This document shows positions 1 through 12,500 of a DNA stretch of 64,000 bases, piece by piece (positions within the stretch are counted from its first letter, which is position 1; every line of letters begins with the position of its first letter). The stretch covers positions 65,906,001 to 65,970,000 of the forward strand of contig OX597832.1 in NCBI GenBank assembly GCA_951406725.2, written 5' to 3'. The position numbers and the translations under genes are program-made. The notes under the pieces are model-generated. The model ran no database searches. It saw nothing but the letters and a program-made list of their open reading frames with translations, and was not told where the DNA came from. Source of the stretch: Octopus vulgaris. Its lineage: Eukaryota.

Positions 1-355
1 GGATGGAATGAAAAACCTTCTGAAAGCCGTCGTCTAGGATATCACTGAGAACCTCCTGAATCTGTGTCTGCAAGTGCTCCAGTATGTGAGGTTATGGCTT
101 GTACACCTCCTTTTTCGTGTAACCCAATAGGTAAAAATGACATGGTGTTAGATCTGAACTTTTCTCAGTTGTGGACGTCTGGTCATAGTCTTCAGGTTTT
201 AGTTCCTTCACGTAATAGGGTTTCCACAGACGAAAATTCAATTATTTATGCATAACCGTACGTATTGCGTGTCCTGATAGTCCACTTTCACGAGCTGCTT
301 GACGTGTTGATTTTTGCGGGCTACGATTAAACATTTTCTGCATTTTAACAGACAA
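1..355 (-). pseudogene. Tc1/mariner-superfamily transposase remnant with internal deletion of the catalytic core
   Basis: Manual minus-strand translation gives MQKMFNRSPQKSTRQAARESGLSGHAIRTVMHK*LNFRLWKPYY (HTH-like RSPxKSTR motif), continuing in frame into SDLTPCHFYLLGYTKKEVYKP*PHILEHLQTQIQEV (SPDLTPCDF-type C-terminal motif). It has internal stops and runs off the window edge. Confidence 0.7.
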
Positions 356-377
356 CAGTAATATAAATATATGACAT

Positions 378-408
<31 letters not shown>

Positions 409-690
409 TCAGATGTTAAAAGAACAATCTTAATGACTAACAAAGGGAAGTAAGCCCTCGGCGTATATACTCGGTTCCTCGAATTCGGATTTTGATGTAG
501 ACCATCAGTGACTCTAGAATTAAAATCAACTACCTATGTCAGTCTTATAAGAAAACCATAGGATACGTGCTGATTTTCGAAAAAATAAAAATGTAAACAA
601 CAAATTAAATGGGTTGCTTTTTTAGAAATTTAAACCTAAACGCAAAATTTATACACTAGTGCTAGAAAGAAGAGTTAATATAAGTATATA

Positions 691-723
<33 letters not shown>

Positions 724-1146
724 CATAATCAAGCACACATGCACATAAATATCAACATCTGTATAAAAAAATATGTACATAATTGTTTGTGTGTGCAAGC
801 ATGATAGTCTCATCTAAATTTCCCTCATAATTAAAAAAATAAGAAATCTAAGTGATAAATAGCAAAACAACCGATAAATACGGCCGTAAGCAAGCCATGT
901 TCATTTTTATTTGTAAAACATCTGTTTGTGTGAGCAAGGAACATATCTGCATGTTTTTGTTAATCGCCAATTAATTTGGCCATTTCTACGAAACTATTTT
1001 GAGCTGTAAACGTATCTTATGCCAAAACGATTTACAGATTTACGGCTTCATATGTATAAGAATAAGGCTACATGATCGTCTGCCAAACATGGTCTGTTTG
1101 TATGAAAGTAATTTCTTGCTACCTGTTAACATATTCTTACATATCT

Positions 1147-1360
1147 GGTAGCGAGCTGGCAGAATCGTTAGCATGCCGGGTGAAATGCTTAGTGGTAGTT
1201 CGTCTGTGTTTATGTTCTGAGTTAAAATTCCGCCAAGGTCGATTTTGCCTTTCAACCTTCCTGGTTCGATGAATTAGGTACGAGTTGTGTATTGATGTCG
1301 ATCTAATCGACTGGCCCTCCCTCCCCCAAAATTTCGGGCCTTGTGCCCAGAGTAGAAAAG
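1147..1360 (+). mobile_element. tRNA-derived SINE, family A (Meta-domain-like core)
   Basis: Head GCGAGCTGGCAGAATCGTTAGCATGCC, B-box-like GAGTTAAAATTCC and core GCCTTTCAACCTTCCTGGTTCGAT; homologous to the copies at 55386 and 62623. Confidence 0.8.
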
Positions 1361-1459
1361 CACAAATTATTTCATACTTTTACTTGTTTCGGGCTTCCAA
1401 CAGCAGCCATACTCATACGCAGTTTTCAAATTTCTTTTTAAAGTGTAATGCATATTCTG

Positions 1460-1805
1460 TCCTTTAACCTATTTCAGTCATGAGACCGTGACCACGCTGG
1501 GGCATAAACATCATAAACAATTTTCGCAGAACAAATCGGCCTCAGTATTTGCTCCTTGTGAATTCATGGTAGGGAAGGATATTCTTCTTCTTCTTCTTCT
1601 TCTTCTTCTTCTTCTTGGAAAAGTCTCAATGACTGAAACCGGTACTGAAATGTTTTTTATAAAATTATTTTAGCATTTTCTATCTTGACTTTTTCTCCCA
1701 TATGTATCAACTCGCGTGTTTCTTTTAAACATTCTACATACATACATACATATATGTATGTAGGTATCTATGTATCTATGTATATATGTATGTATGTATC
1801 CATCT

Positions 1806-1860
<55 letters not shown>

Positions 1861-2037
1861 GCGTAAAGGACTTGTCTCCACACAATTTCCATCTACCAAA
1901 CTAACTCTCAAAGCATTGGTCGGCCCTGGGCTAGCTATAGTGGAAAACACCTACCGAAGCTGCCACACAGTAGTTTGAACCTGAAACAACCTGTTTTCGA
2001 AGCGAAATTCTAAACTATGCTGCCATGCTTGTGCCTT
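1460..2037 (-). mobile_element. Degenerate SINE, family C, interrupted by microsatellites
   Basis: Reverse complement resembles the 45360-45785 element: 3' end ...CCAGCGTGGTCACGGTCTCATGACTGAAA, and a head region containing ACTCTCAAAGCATTGGTCGGCCC. Confidence 0.5.
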
Positions 2038-3168
2038 TGACGTTTTATTCAAGTATCGTCACCGTACTTATGTCGACCCACAACTGCGGTACTACACCTT
2101 ACAGACCTTGCACTTATCACAAAAATACCAGCTTTCTGATTAAACATCAATGCACGTTGCATCGGAGAATGATGGATTACTTTAAAATGTCTTTGTACTT
2201 GGAATAAGCAGCCAGTTCCATTATAATAAAAATCTGTATATTATTCTGTAGTCCAAACAACGGAAAAACTATTGCGTTAAAATCACGAAGCGAGTTCAGC
2301 ATACGCTTGAAGTGTCACTTAATAAACAGATTAAAATTACCATCTCGACTGAATCTAAAATCTCTATATTCAAGAATTGTAAATACAGAAGCGTTGCAAA
2401 TATTTAATATGCGGTATTGATCTTTGATAGAAATTGAAGATTTGTTTCAAGAAATTGTTTTCAATATTCGACATTAGAGAAGTTGCCGTTGTCAATGAGT
2501 GATACGCACTGAGTCTAAAATATCCCAGCTGTTATTGCACATGCCTGCTTAATGTGATTTTAACGAATTAATTCTTCAGACCTGTGTCTCACTATGACAT
2601 TCTATATTTAAGGTTACAATGATTTATGAAGAAGCGTATGAAATGGGCGAATATGAATTTATGCATAGGCATATTCTTACAAAAGGATACACAAAAGTCG
2701 GTACGTGTGCGCGTGTACACTCACACACACATGCATTCTTTGCATTCGTATATGTGTCTGTATGGATATTTATACGTATGCATAAATATATGTACATACA
2801 TGTATATGTGTGCAAGTATATATGAGTAAACAATGGTGATTGTTAGTGACTGAGTGTGATTAAGTAAAAATATACAGCTGTACCTTGCTTCATCGTTGCT
2901 TTATAAAAATTGCAACTAGATATACATACATATCATACCACATAGAAACCAACAAGAAATTATCCACATATACGCATAAATATATCAATACCGAAGAGCA
3001 TAAAAAATCATGGCTGTGCTAGTATGTAAATTAATGGAGAGGTTAAAAAAGATTTTCTTCAAATTTCGTAATCTCTTTCTATAAACTTTCTGTCCGTCTG
3101 CCTATCCTTGATCCTCGACCCTCACCCTCTATCTATATATACATAAAAAATACAGAATTAATCTATAT

Positions 3169-3777
3169 TAGAAGGTGGTAACAAAATGTTCCCGGAGTCG
3201 TTATGTTTAGTAAAAAAAAATATACTTATTTACCTAAGTTTTAATATCATCTCATTCGAAATAATCACATTGCATAGCTACACACTGGTCCCAGCATTTC
3301 TGCCGCTTCCGGAATCCGGCTTGAAAGTCACTTTAGATAAGCGTTTCGAGACCAGTCTGCGATTCGCTCTGGATCTCGACAACGGTGTTAAAACAGCGAC
3401 CTTTGAGGCACATGTTCATTTTGAGGAGATGGAAGTCTGCGTGTGTTAAATAAGGCGAGTGCGGAAGCGGTAGCAACTTGTTTTCGGCAAGAAACTCACA
3501 AGTGGGGAGAGCCCAGTATAGAAACCAATACTTCGTGCCCCACAAATCCGATCGCTTTCGCTGAAAGTCCTCCAACGAACGTTTCAAAACAGCGCAGGGA
3601 CACTCTCAATTGACAGTCTTCCCCAGAGAGACAAATTCTCGATGCAATGTACCACAATCCCCGGCGTTACATTTGGCATGTCAATCGACATGTCATGCGG
3701 CACGCTGCGTCAAGGAGATCACTGCAAAATCTCACTACGCATACAACCGTATGCTGCCCTTTTTGATAACACCTCGT
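3169..3777 (-). mobile_element. Mariner-like DNA transposon remnant (internally deleted)
   Basis: ORF 3333-3587 contains LPHSPYLTHADFHL..CLKGRCFNTVVEIQ, a decayed PHPPYSPDLAPCDF..LKGRRF motif. Imperfect TIRs AGAAGGTGGTAACAAAATG and CTTTTTGATAACACCTCGT. Confidence 0.75.
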
Positions 3778-3821
3778 TCATATTCTCAAAACTAAACTTA
3801 CATATATACGTCTATATATGC

Positions 3822-3867
<46 letters not shown>

Positions 3868-3883
3868 CTCTCTCTCTCTCTCT

Positions 3884-3939
<56 letters not shown>

Positions 3940-3944
<5 letters not shown>

Positions 3945-4270
3945 AGGTAACAACTATCCCTGCCTAAAGTTTGAGATTGTGATTTAGAACACAGATGAGT
4001 ACATTATTTATGCGTTATTTGCGAACACGTGCACCCGCAATGTATATAAGTACCCGTGTCTATGCACACACAGGCACTCACACACAATTAAGCAATGTAA
4101 CTACACACGAGCAGTTGGTGATTTTCTTTCCTTCTTTGGAATTCACCGTTTTCCTTTCCGACGAAGAGCAATGTCCAAAACGGCAAAACCCTCTTTTTTT
4201 ACCGTCCTGTGCACGTCTTCGTGTTGTTTATTACTGCTGTTTTTAATGTTCGTTTATTTGATATGACTAC
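3940..4270 (+). mobile_element. Solo Penelope-like terminal repeat with decayed hammerhead motif
   Basis: CCGACGAAGAGCAATGTCCAAAACGGC at 4158 resembles the CTGxxGAAGAGC..GCTCGAAACGT motif at 27632; the downstream CCTGTGCACGTC..TGTTGTTT resembles the ends at 22130-22330 and 27600-27763. Confidence 0.5.
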
Positions 4271-4792
4271 ATGGCTATATGCCTATAAAATTATATCCAA
4301 GATATCCAATAATTTACAAAAGCCACTAGTGTTGAAGGACACCCCTACACTCTTCATTTCCTGATGCTTTGCAATCATCTGCTTGCAAACACTTTCTTAC
4401 ATCGACAAATAACAATAAAATATCCAGCATTCAGCACTGCTGCGTAACACCCACAACACCCGCATACCGCTACGTCTCGGGACCCGAAACTCAACATTGA
4501 GTTTCGCAGACACTCTCATTTACAAACACATAATATATTTGTATGGGGCAAAACACGTCTAGGTGTTATCTATGCTCAAGTTCTCTTCTATAGTGCTTTT
4601 CTAGGAGGTCAGGAAACATTGGTGCTTGGAGAAGATCTACGCGGAATTTGCTAGCATCTTAACGCCGACATGTAAGAGGCTGAGTATATCACTCTTGTGA
4701 CATTGTATGAGCCATGTCTATGTGTTTAGACCGCTTGACCAACCTAAGTATATTACTGCACCTTACATTTTTTATTTACGTCATGCGTTTGC

Positions 4793-5157
4793 TTATTACA
4801 TCAGACTTAGCGTAGGCGGAGGTATTGTTTTTCAGTCGTGTTTGTTTGCGCGTACACAAGATATCTCAAAAACCGCGGGATACATTCGCATGAAACTTTC
4901 AGGGATGTTTGGCCTCGTGATTGACATGATTTGGGGATCGATCGGGTACCGGACGAGGATTCTTGATAATTTTTCCTGTTTGTTTACTTAATGTTTGTGT
5001 GTGGCCGGATTCACTTTTAGTATTCTCGTTTCTGAGAGGAGTCGAGTTTGTTTCCGATATTCATTATCATTTTAAAGATCAACTGTAGCTAATCGTTGAC
5101 AGAACGTTGGTGTTGCCTTGGCGGAGGTTTGCGCTCTCTGTGTGCTAACACCTCTGT
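4793..5157 (+). mobile_element. Non-autonomous Helentron-associated (HINE/DINE-1-like) element
   Basis: 5' subterminal GGCGGAGGT followed by TGTTTGTTTG and ATATCTCAAAAAC..ATGAAACTT; 3' end GGCGGAGGTTTGCGCTCTCTGTGTGC, the characteristic HINE layout. Confidence 0.65.
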
Positions 5158-5214
5158 CTCCTTTCTTGGCATTTCGGTCAACATACATCACTCCACTCTC
5201 ACCATCTCAATCCA

Positions 5215-5745
5215 CTAAAAACACATATACTCACATTCATATCTCAACTTCTCCTCCTCCTTCTACCCTAAATACACTAAGCTTTCCATCCGCTATTCCC
5301 AATTCCTCCGTCTACGCAGCATCTGTAGTGATGACTATGACTTTGAGACTCAGTCTCAACTCATGGATCGCCACTTCATCCTACGTGGATATCCCCTCAC
5401 AACTATCCACACCGCCCTTGCCAGAGCACTTCCGTGGAGCGTGCATCTACTCTCTCCCCCCGAACCTGCCCCGCCGTCTCCTGCCTCCCGTTTCCTCTCA
5501 CCTACCACCCAACCACCTTACCTCTCCAACGCACAATTATCCGAGCTTTCCGGCGACTCCACTCCGACCCCTCCACTTCGCACATCTTCCCTAACCGACC
5601 CATTTCATCCTTCAAACGAGCCCACAACTTACGAGACCTCTTGGTCCACAGCTTCTTCCCTAACTCAACTCTTTGCAACACCTGTCCGTGTTCGGATTGT
5701 CCTTGCACGTGGGCCATCCGGACTCCCGTTTGCGCTGTGAAAAAA
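5215..5745 (+). mobile_element. Penelope-like element fragment (RT thumb/linker; GIY-YIG core deleted)
   Basis: Encodes ..HSYLNFSSS..SQFLRLRSICSDD.. and LTYHPTT..RAFRRLHSDPSTSHIFPNRPISSFKRAHNLRDLLVHS. Closely similar to 26054-26370, then jumps to the equivalent of ~26665-26730. Confidence 0.85.
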
Positions 5746-6516
5746 ACACCTGTGCGCTTGTATTACGGCAGATCCATCCGATTAATTCGGTGGTACCATA
5801 CATCAGTATTTTTATCTGGTAACATGTTTACTGATAATAGGAAGATATAAATATGTGGGAAACAAATGAAACTAACTAAAATTATTTGGTAGAATGTGCA
5901 TTCGGATGTTGATACCGAAAGAGACTGGGAAAGTGTTTTCTGAACTCTGTTCTCTTTGTTATCGAAGAGGCTATGTGACCAAAAGCTTGTTGTCATGCCG
6001 TAAGTAAGGCGAAGATAAAAAATACGTATATTAGTTTGATATTTATGAAGGTGTTCAAAATGTATAATATGCATCAAGATAGTTTCTTTTAATTAACTAA
6101 TTTGAAAATTATTTAAAATAAAAAGAAAAGAAAACTACCGAATTGGAAAAGCGTTACGAATTATCGTGTAATTATTTAAATGTGGGATTTTATATAAATA
6201 CAGTGTAGAGTGTTTAACGAAAAACACTTTTCGTGAAGTCTTCTCCGGTTGCACAACTTCCAGTGTCATAATTCAGCCGGGAAAGTATTAATAAATCAGT
6301 GGACAGATGTAAGAATAAGGGGAAATAAATGTATTCGATAATCAAAAAGTGGACAACGAAACGCGCACACTCACAGACTCATACACACTCACTCACGCAT
6401 AAAGAACATACACCCACACACGTATATGCATCGATGAATATGTGCAGACACACACGCGCGCGGGCATACGAAACACAAACACACGTATATACATATACAT
6501 ACATATATATATATAT

Positions 6517-6572
<56 letters not shown>

Positions 6573-6743
6573 GTGTAAGTGTATATCCACAAGATGGCTT
6601 GCAAATCTAAGTGCAGAGGCAGAACAAAACTATTAGCGTTGAATGATATTGCACCACAGGATTCAGCTTCTATTTAAATATTGGTCAGGTTGACCTTTGA
6701 ATCGAAATCATCATCATCATCATCATCGCCATCATTATCGTCT

Positions 6744-6805
<62 letters not shown>

Positions 6806-7339
6806 GACTCACACAGATATGTGTATGTTTGAATGTGTGAATAATTATTCAAGTATATATCTGTATATCTGTGAGTGTGGTGTGTTTTTGCGTATGTAAC
6901 TTTAAAGATTACCAGTTATATCAATAAAACTCATTACAAACTGTTTCATACACACACGCACACACATGCACAAACACGCACACACACAGATATATTCGTA
7001 GATGCATCCGTGTGCATTTATGCATGCATGCATCTATTTAAATAAACATGAGCTTGCAACTATCATCGATAGGAAGACAAGTTTGTGATTGCGTTACATC
7101 TCTTTATTAACATCAGGCTAACTAGCATTAGCGCAGAATTTAATTATTAAATTGGCGTTAAGAAAAGCATGTCGAATTAAATGTGTAATGATGGCTCGAT
7201 AACCTTATTTGTATGAAACACCAGGTGTCACAATGATTCGTATACTCCCAGGGTTAATAACGTAAAGAGGCAAACCACTGTTGCATATTTTATTAACGTT
7301 TGCAACAATATGGAAATTCGCTACATTGTTACTTATTAC

Positions 7340-7495
7340 CATCACAACACCATCACTCTAGCACCCACACCACCACTACCACTAACAACCTTACTACTAC
7401 TGCCACTACTACTACTATTACTACTACTACTACCACTGCTGCTGTTACTGCTTCTGTTACTGCTGCTGTTGCTGCTGCTATTGCTGTTGTTACTC
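7340..7495. repeat. (CTA)n/(CTG)n trinucleotide low-complexity tract
   Basis: Direct inspection. Confidence 0.85.
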
Positions 7496-7721
7496 TGTCT
7501 CAGTGATATTCGGTAATGCCTTTTGTTATCAATTTACTGAGTGACATAAAGAAATTTTTTAGTTTCGCACGACGCAAACGGACAGATGCGCGCGCACACA
7601 AACATTTCATACAGTGCAATATTTGCAGTCGCCCGTCTTTTATACCAAGACAAAACAATGTACATGACAACGCTTCCGATCATTTAAGATCAAAAGGCGT
7701 CAAACCCAGTGTCGTTACACA

Positions 7722-8345
7722 GATCCTAACGCTGGAGATGTACTACGTTGCCAGCTGTTCGCTACCAGTGAACTAAGGTAACACCCCTTATTTTTCGAGC
7801 ACCCTCCTGAGTATTCAAGCGGTTCCAAGCTGTGTTGTTTTTTCTGCAAGTGCTCCACCCTTATTGCAGCCCCTATTTGTTCCCTGTGCTTCTCAAGATT
7901 TTTACTCACTGTTCCCAGGGCTCTTTCTTTCTCAATTAAGATTATGTCTGGTTTCATATTCTCTATCACACGGTCGCTGGGAATCATAAAATCCCATAGG
8001 ATTTTGTATTATCATTTTTCATCCTACACAAGTCTGACCTTCTTAATTCCAGTAATAGCGGTTCTGTGGCAATTTTACATACCATGCTATGTTGTTTTCT
8101 TCTGTTCTAATGCTGTGTTCACATTCAATGAGTCCTCTTCCACCTTTATTGGTACACACAGTCTGTCTGTGTCACTTTTTCGGTGGAGTATCCCATATCT
8201 AATCAACGACTTCCTTGTCTTTCTGTGTACGCTGTTTAGTTCGTCTACGCCCCATGCGATTACACTTGCTCCATATCTAAGGAGTGAAACCGCCCAGGTG
8301 TTGATAGGTTCGGTAGATGGAGCGAAGGTCACCAATGAGTCTTTG
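7722..8345 (-). mobile_element. R4/Dong-like non-LTR retrotransposon 3' fragment (RLE-type)
   Basis: YGASVIAWGVDELNSVHRKTRK..GILHRKSDTDRL (post-RT domain), IPSDRVIENMKPDIILIEKE (RLE PD motif) and IRVEHLQK terminal motif. The 3' UTR GCTGGAGATGTACTACG is shared with the 44215 copy. Confidence 0.8.
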
Positions 8346-8379
8346 TATTTCTGTGCAATCAGGAAACAATCTCAGGAAA

Positions 8380-8628
8380 TCTCGGACAGTGGCGTTCCTC
8401 GATTATCTCTAGAGGTCTTGTTGTATCAGGAGGGTCCCTACCTCTTCCATCCTCCCTGGCTTTTTGTTTTTACTTTTGCATGCTACGCGTATGTCACTTC
8501 TTTTTCAGTCTACATCGTGTATACTTAATTTTTTATCACTTTATTATTATATGTAAATCACCACATTTGATGTATCTCTCTGTATTGTCCCCCTCATACT
8601 TCGCCCTTGTGGCAAATAAATAAAATCA
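8380..8628 (+). mobile_element. Probable LINE 3' UTR fragment
   Basis: Pyrimidine-rich segment ending GTCCCCTCATACTTCGCCCTTGTGGCAAATAAATAAAA followed by (ATT)n; the tail resembles that of the SINE at 55573-55618. Confidence 0.4.
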
Positions 8629-8670
8629 TCATTATTATTATTATTATTATTATTGTTGTTGTTGTTGTGT

Positions 8671-8990
8671 GAAGGCGCGTAGCTTAATGATTACGGCATT
8701 CCACTCACAATCGTAAGGTCGTGAGTTCAATTCCCTGCGACAGGTTGTGTCCTTGAGCAAGACACTGTATTTCCCGTTGTTCCAGGCCAGTCCGTTGGCA
8801 AAAACGAGTAGTACCTATATTTTAAAGTGCTAGCCTTGTCACATTATGTCACACTGAATCTCCCTGAGAACTGTGTTAAGTGTACACCTGTCTGTGGAGT
8901 GCTCAGCCACTTGCACGTTAAATTCCTCTACAAGATGCTCCGTTGACGCACCATCTGGGATCCTCGCCGTCGTGACCGACGGAGTGCTCC
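8671..8990 (+). mobile_element. tRNA-derived SINE, family B
   Basis: Head with A-box TAGCTTAATGA and B-box GAGTTCAATTCC, core GTGTCCTTGAGCAAGACAC; the 3' half (GTGGAGTGCTCAGCCACTT..GACCGACGGAGTGCT) is shared with 22417-22790; followed by (TTA)n. Confidence 0.8.
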
Positions 8991-9006
8991 TATGTTATTA
9001 TTACTA

Positions 9007-9061
<55 letters not shown>

Positions 9062-9319
9062 GATTATTATTATTATTGTTATTTTATTACAAAAGGTGTT
9101 GAGCCGCCAGAATTTGCAGATACGTGTACAAATATATTTGTAGGAGTCAGGGATTTGCTTCCCTTTATCCTAACATTCATAGAGACACGCAAACACGCAT
9201 GTACACGCACACGCACACACACATGCATACCTACATTCATACGTACATACGGTGGCGAGAAGCAAGTAGTATACTTCGATTGGCATGTACTAATAGGTAT
9301 GCAAAATGAGTGCTTAGTT

Positions 9320-9422
9320 ATATTTAGCTGTGAAGCTCCGTCTGAAGTGCAATTGGAAATGAGGTGTTGTATGTAAATGTATGTAAATATGTGTGCGTGT
9401 GTGTATGCATACATACATATAT

Positions 9423-9426
<4 letters not shown>
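9320..9426. repeat. Left arm of inverted duplication (two 50-bp blocks)
   Basis: 9320-9369 is the exact reverse complement of 13652-13701, and 9377-9426 is the exact reverse complement of 13468-13517. Confidence 0.9.
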
Positions 9427-9495
<69 letters not shown>

Positions 9496-9546
9496 ATATA
9501 TATAATATATGAATTTAATATGCATCTATGTAAATATATAATATCT

Positions 9547-12500
9547 ATGTCTCCGCTTGGAGCTACTGGTAACATGTAACCCAGTACAACCTGTTACATG
9601 GTCGGGTCATTGGCGGCTAAACTGGCAACCCCACCAAGATTTCTTGGTGAAGAGGGTGATTTGGACACCCAGCAGGACTAAAAGAAACCTGTCAAAGGGC
9701 AGAGGAACTCTCTCATGAAATAATGGCCATCCAAAAACCTACATAAATCCGGAGTGGAGCCACTAAGGCGGTTGGATTGCGCATGCGTGCCACCTTCCGG
9801 TGGCTCCTGCATCCTGGGCTACCCCCAGCCGTCTTGACTGGATTCGGCGCACCAGGACGAGAGAGTGAGGCTGATCCTGCGCAAGTCGCCCTCACTATAA
9901 TCCAAGTCACGCGCACGTCATGACCTCATGACACCAACATCACAAAGTCCTGTGGCGATGGGGAAACGGCGAAGTAGCAGGTGAGGATACACTGGGAGCT
10001 GCAGTCGTGAACCCACACACAGGCGGCTCAGGACATGTGGTCGCCCCTCAATGAACTGAGGCAGCAGTGAAGTCCGGCAGCCTCCTGAGTGACCGAGCAG
10101 CCCTCATCAGGATCGCTCTGCTCGCCTCTGCAGCATGAGGACGGGGCTAGAAAATGTTGCCCTAAACATAGCCTGCCTCACCTCACCCTGGTCAGCAAAC
10201 CGTGGCTGGCGGGGATCCTTTCCAAGCGGTCGAAACAAAGAAAGGAAACGAACAAAGGTGCTCACTTTCGCAACTTGGAACGTGAGAAATCTGCTTGACA
10301 ACACCAAAGCGGACAGACCAGAGAGACGAACTGCCCTGGTGGCCAGAGAACTGAGCCGATACAATGTCGATATCGCAGCACTGAGCGAGACCCGCCTTTC
10401 GGACAAAGGCCAGCTGACAGAGACAGGCGGCAGCTACACTTTCTTTTGGAGTGGTCGCAGCAGCGAAGAGCGTCGTGAGGCTGGTGTTGGTTTTGCCATC
10501 AAGTCAGTACACGTGCGGAAACTGGAAAGCTCCCCCGAGGGTATCAACGATCGGCTGATGAAGATGCAGCTCCCACTTGGAAACAAGACTAGTGCGACCA
10601 TCATCAGCGCTTACAACCCCACCATGACCAACCCTGAAGAAGTTAAGGACAGGTTCTATGAGGAACTCGACTCCCTCATCACGTCAGTCCAGCCTGGGAA
10701 GCTCATCCTCCTTGGGGACTTTAACGCCCGTATCGGGACTGACCACCAAGCCTGGCATCGCGTACTGGGAAAGCAAGGAATCGGAAAGTGCAACAACAAC
10801 GTGCAGCTCCTCCTGCGGGCGTGCGCCTCTCATGATCTTACCATCGCCAACACCTTGTTCCGTCTGCCAACACGCAACAAGACATCATGGATGCATCCAC
10901 GCTCCAAACACTGGCATCTGATAGATTACGTCATCGTCAGGGCGAAAGACAGGCGGGACGTGAGACTCGTCAAGGCCAAGTGTGGAGCTGATTGCTGGAC
11001 GGACCATCGCCTTATCATCTCCAGGATGGATTTCTACATCCAACCTAAGAGAAGACCACATGGTCAGAAAGGGACGAGGAAGCTTAACATCACGAAATTA
11101 AAGAACCAGCTGACTGTACAAGATCTCCAGTCACGTATGGACAGCAAGCTGTTAGACATTCGGAATGACCAGTCCAGCATCGATGAGCAGTGGGAATCAT
11201 TCAGGGACACGGTTCATTCCATCGCCCTTGAAACTCTAGGCCAATTTACGAGGAACCACCAGGACTGGTTCAACGAAAATGACCAGGAAATCCAAAACCT
11301 CCTGGAAGGGAAACGCCGTCTGCTGCGGGCCCACCAAAATGACACCACCTGCACGGCAAAGAAGGCTGCTTTCAACAACATTCGCAGCACAGTCCAGGCA
11401 AAACTCAGCCTCATGCAAGATTCAGGGATACGCAGACAAACACGACACCAAGAAATTCTACGAGGAGCTGAAAGCTGTCTATGGACCGCAGTCCTCCTTT
11501 GGATCAACCCCCCTGCTCAGCTCGGATGGAACCTCACTCCTGACTAACAAGAGGCTGATCCTGGAGGCATTTCAACATCGTGCTCTACCGACCAGCCCAG
11601 ATCAACGAGGAAGCCATCCCACGACTCACCCAGGTGCCGACAAAACACGAGCTGGCTGTTCCCCCTGCAGTCGAGGAAGTGAGCAGAGCCATAAAAAAAA
11701 AATGTCCACCGGCAAAGCTCCAGGCTCTGACGCCATCCCTGAAGAGGTGTTCAAGTCGGGCGGCCCCGCCATGATCAGTCAGCTCACCAGCCTGTTCCAG
11801 TCGATGTGGGACAGAGAACAACTCCCTCAAGATTTCCGGGACGCAACAATCGTCCACATTTATAAGCGGAAAGGAGATCGGCAGTCCTGCGACAACCACC
11901 GAGGAATCTCCCTCTTGTACATAGCAGGCAAGTTCCTGGGCCGAGTCCTGCTTGACCGCCTTCTGGAGCACTTGGAGCAAGGCCTTCTCCCCGAGAGCCA
12001 GTGTGACTTCCGCGCCGGTCGAGGAACCACTGACATGATATTCGCCGCCCGCCAGCTCCAGGAGAAATGTATGGAGCAGCACCTTGACCTCTGCATGACC
12101 TTTGTTAACCTCACCTGGGCTTTCGATACAGTCAGTCGGGAGGGACTCTGAAAGGTCATGGGAAAATTTGGTTGCCCCAGCAAATTTATTGCAATTGTCT
12201 GCCAGTTCCACAACGGAATGACAGCCAGAGTCCTTGAAGACGGCAACTCATCTGAAGTCTTCCAGGTGACCAACGGAGTCAGGCAGGCTGTGTCCTGGCC
12301 GCAACACTGTTCAGCATCATGTTCTCGGCAATGCTGTCCGACGCCTTCAGGGACTGCAAGTCCGGTATCGACATCAAGTACAGGACGGACGGGAAATTTT
12401 TCAACTCCAGAAGATTGCAGGCCGTCACAAAGGTGAGGGAGACAGTCGTCAGAGACTTTCTCTTTGCTGACAACTGCGCCTTTAATCGATGAGCAGGAGA

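Noticed and set aside
465-515. Minus-strand CTGATGG..GGAAC as a hammerhead (similar weak cases near 18030-18066 and 28705-28840)
   Set aside because: Multiple core mismatches and no convincing stems.
4290-4760. Possible further Penelope GIY-YIG remnant
   Set aside because: Only vague motif shadows; not supportable without an alignment.
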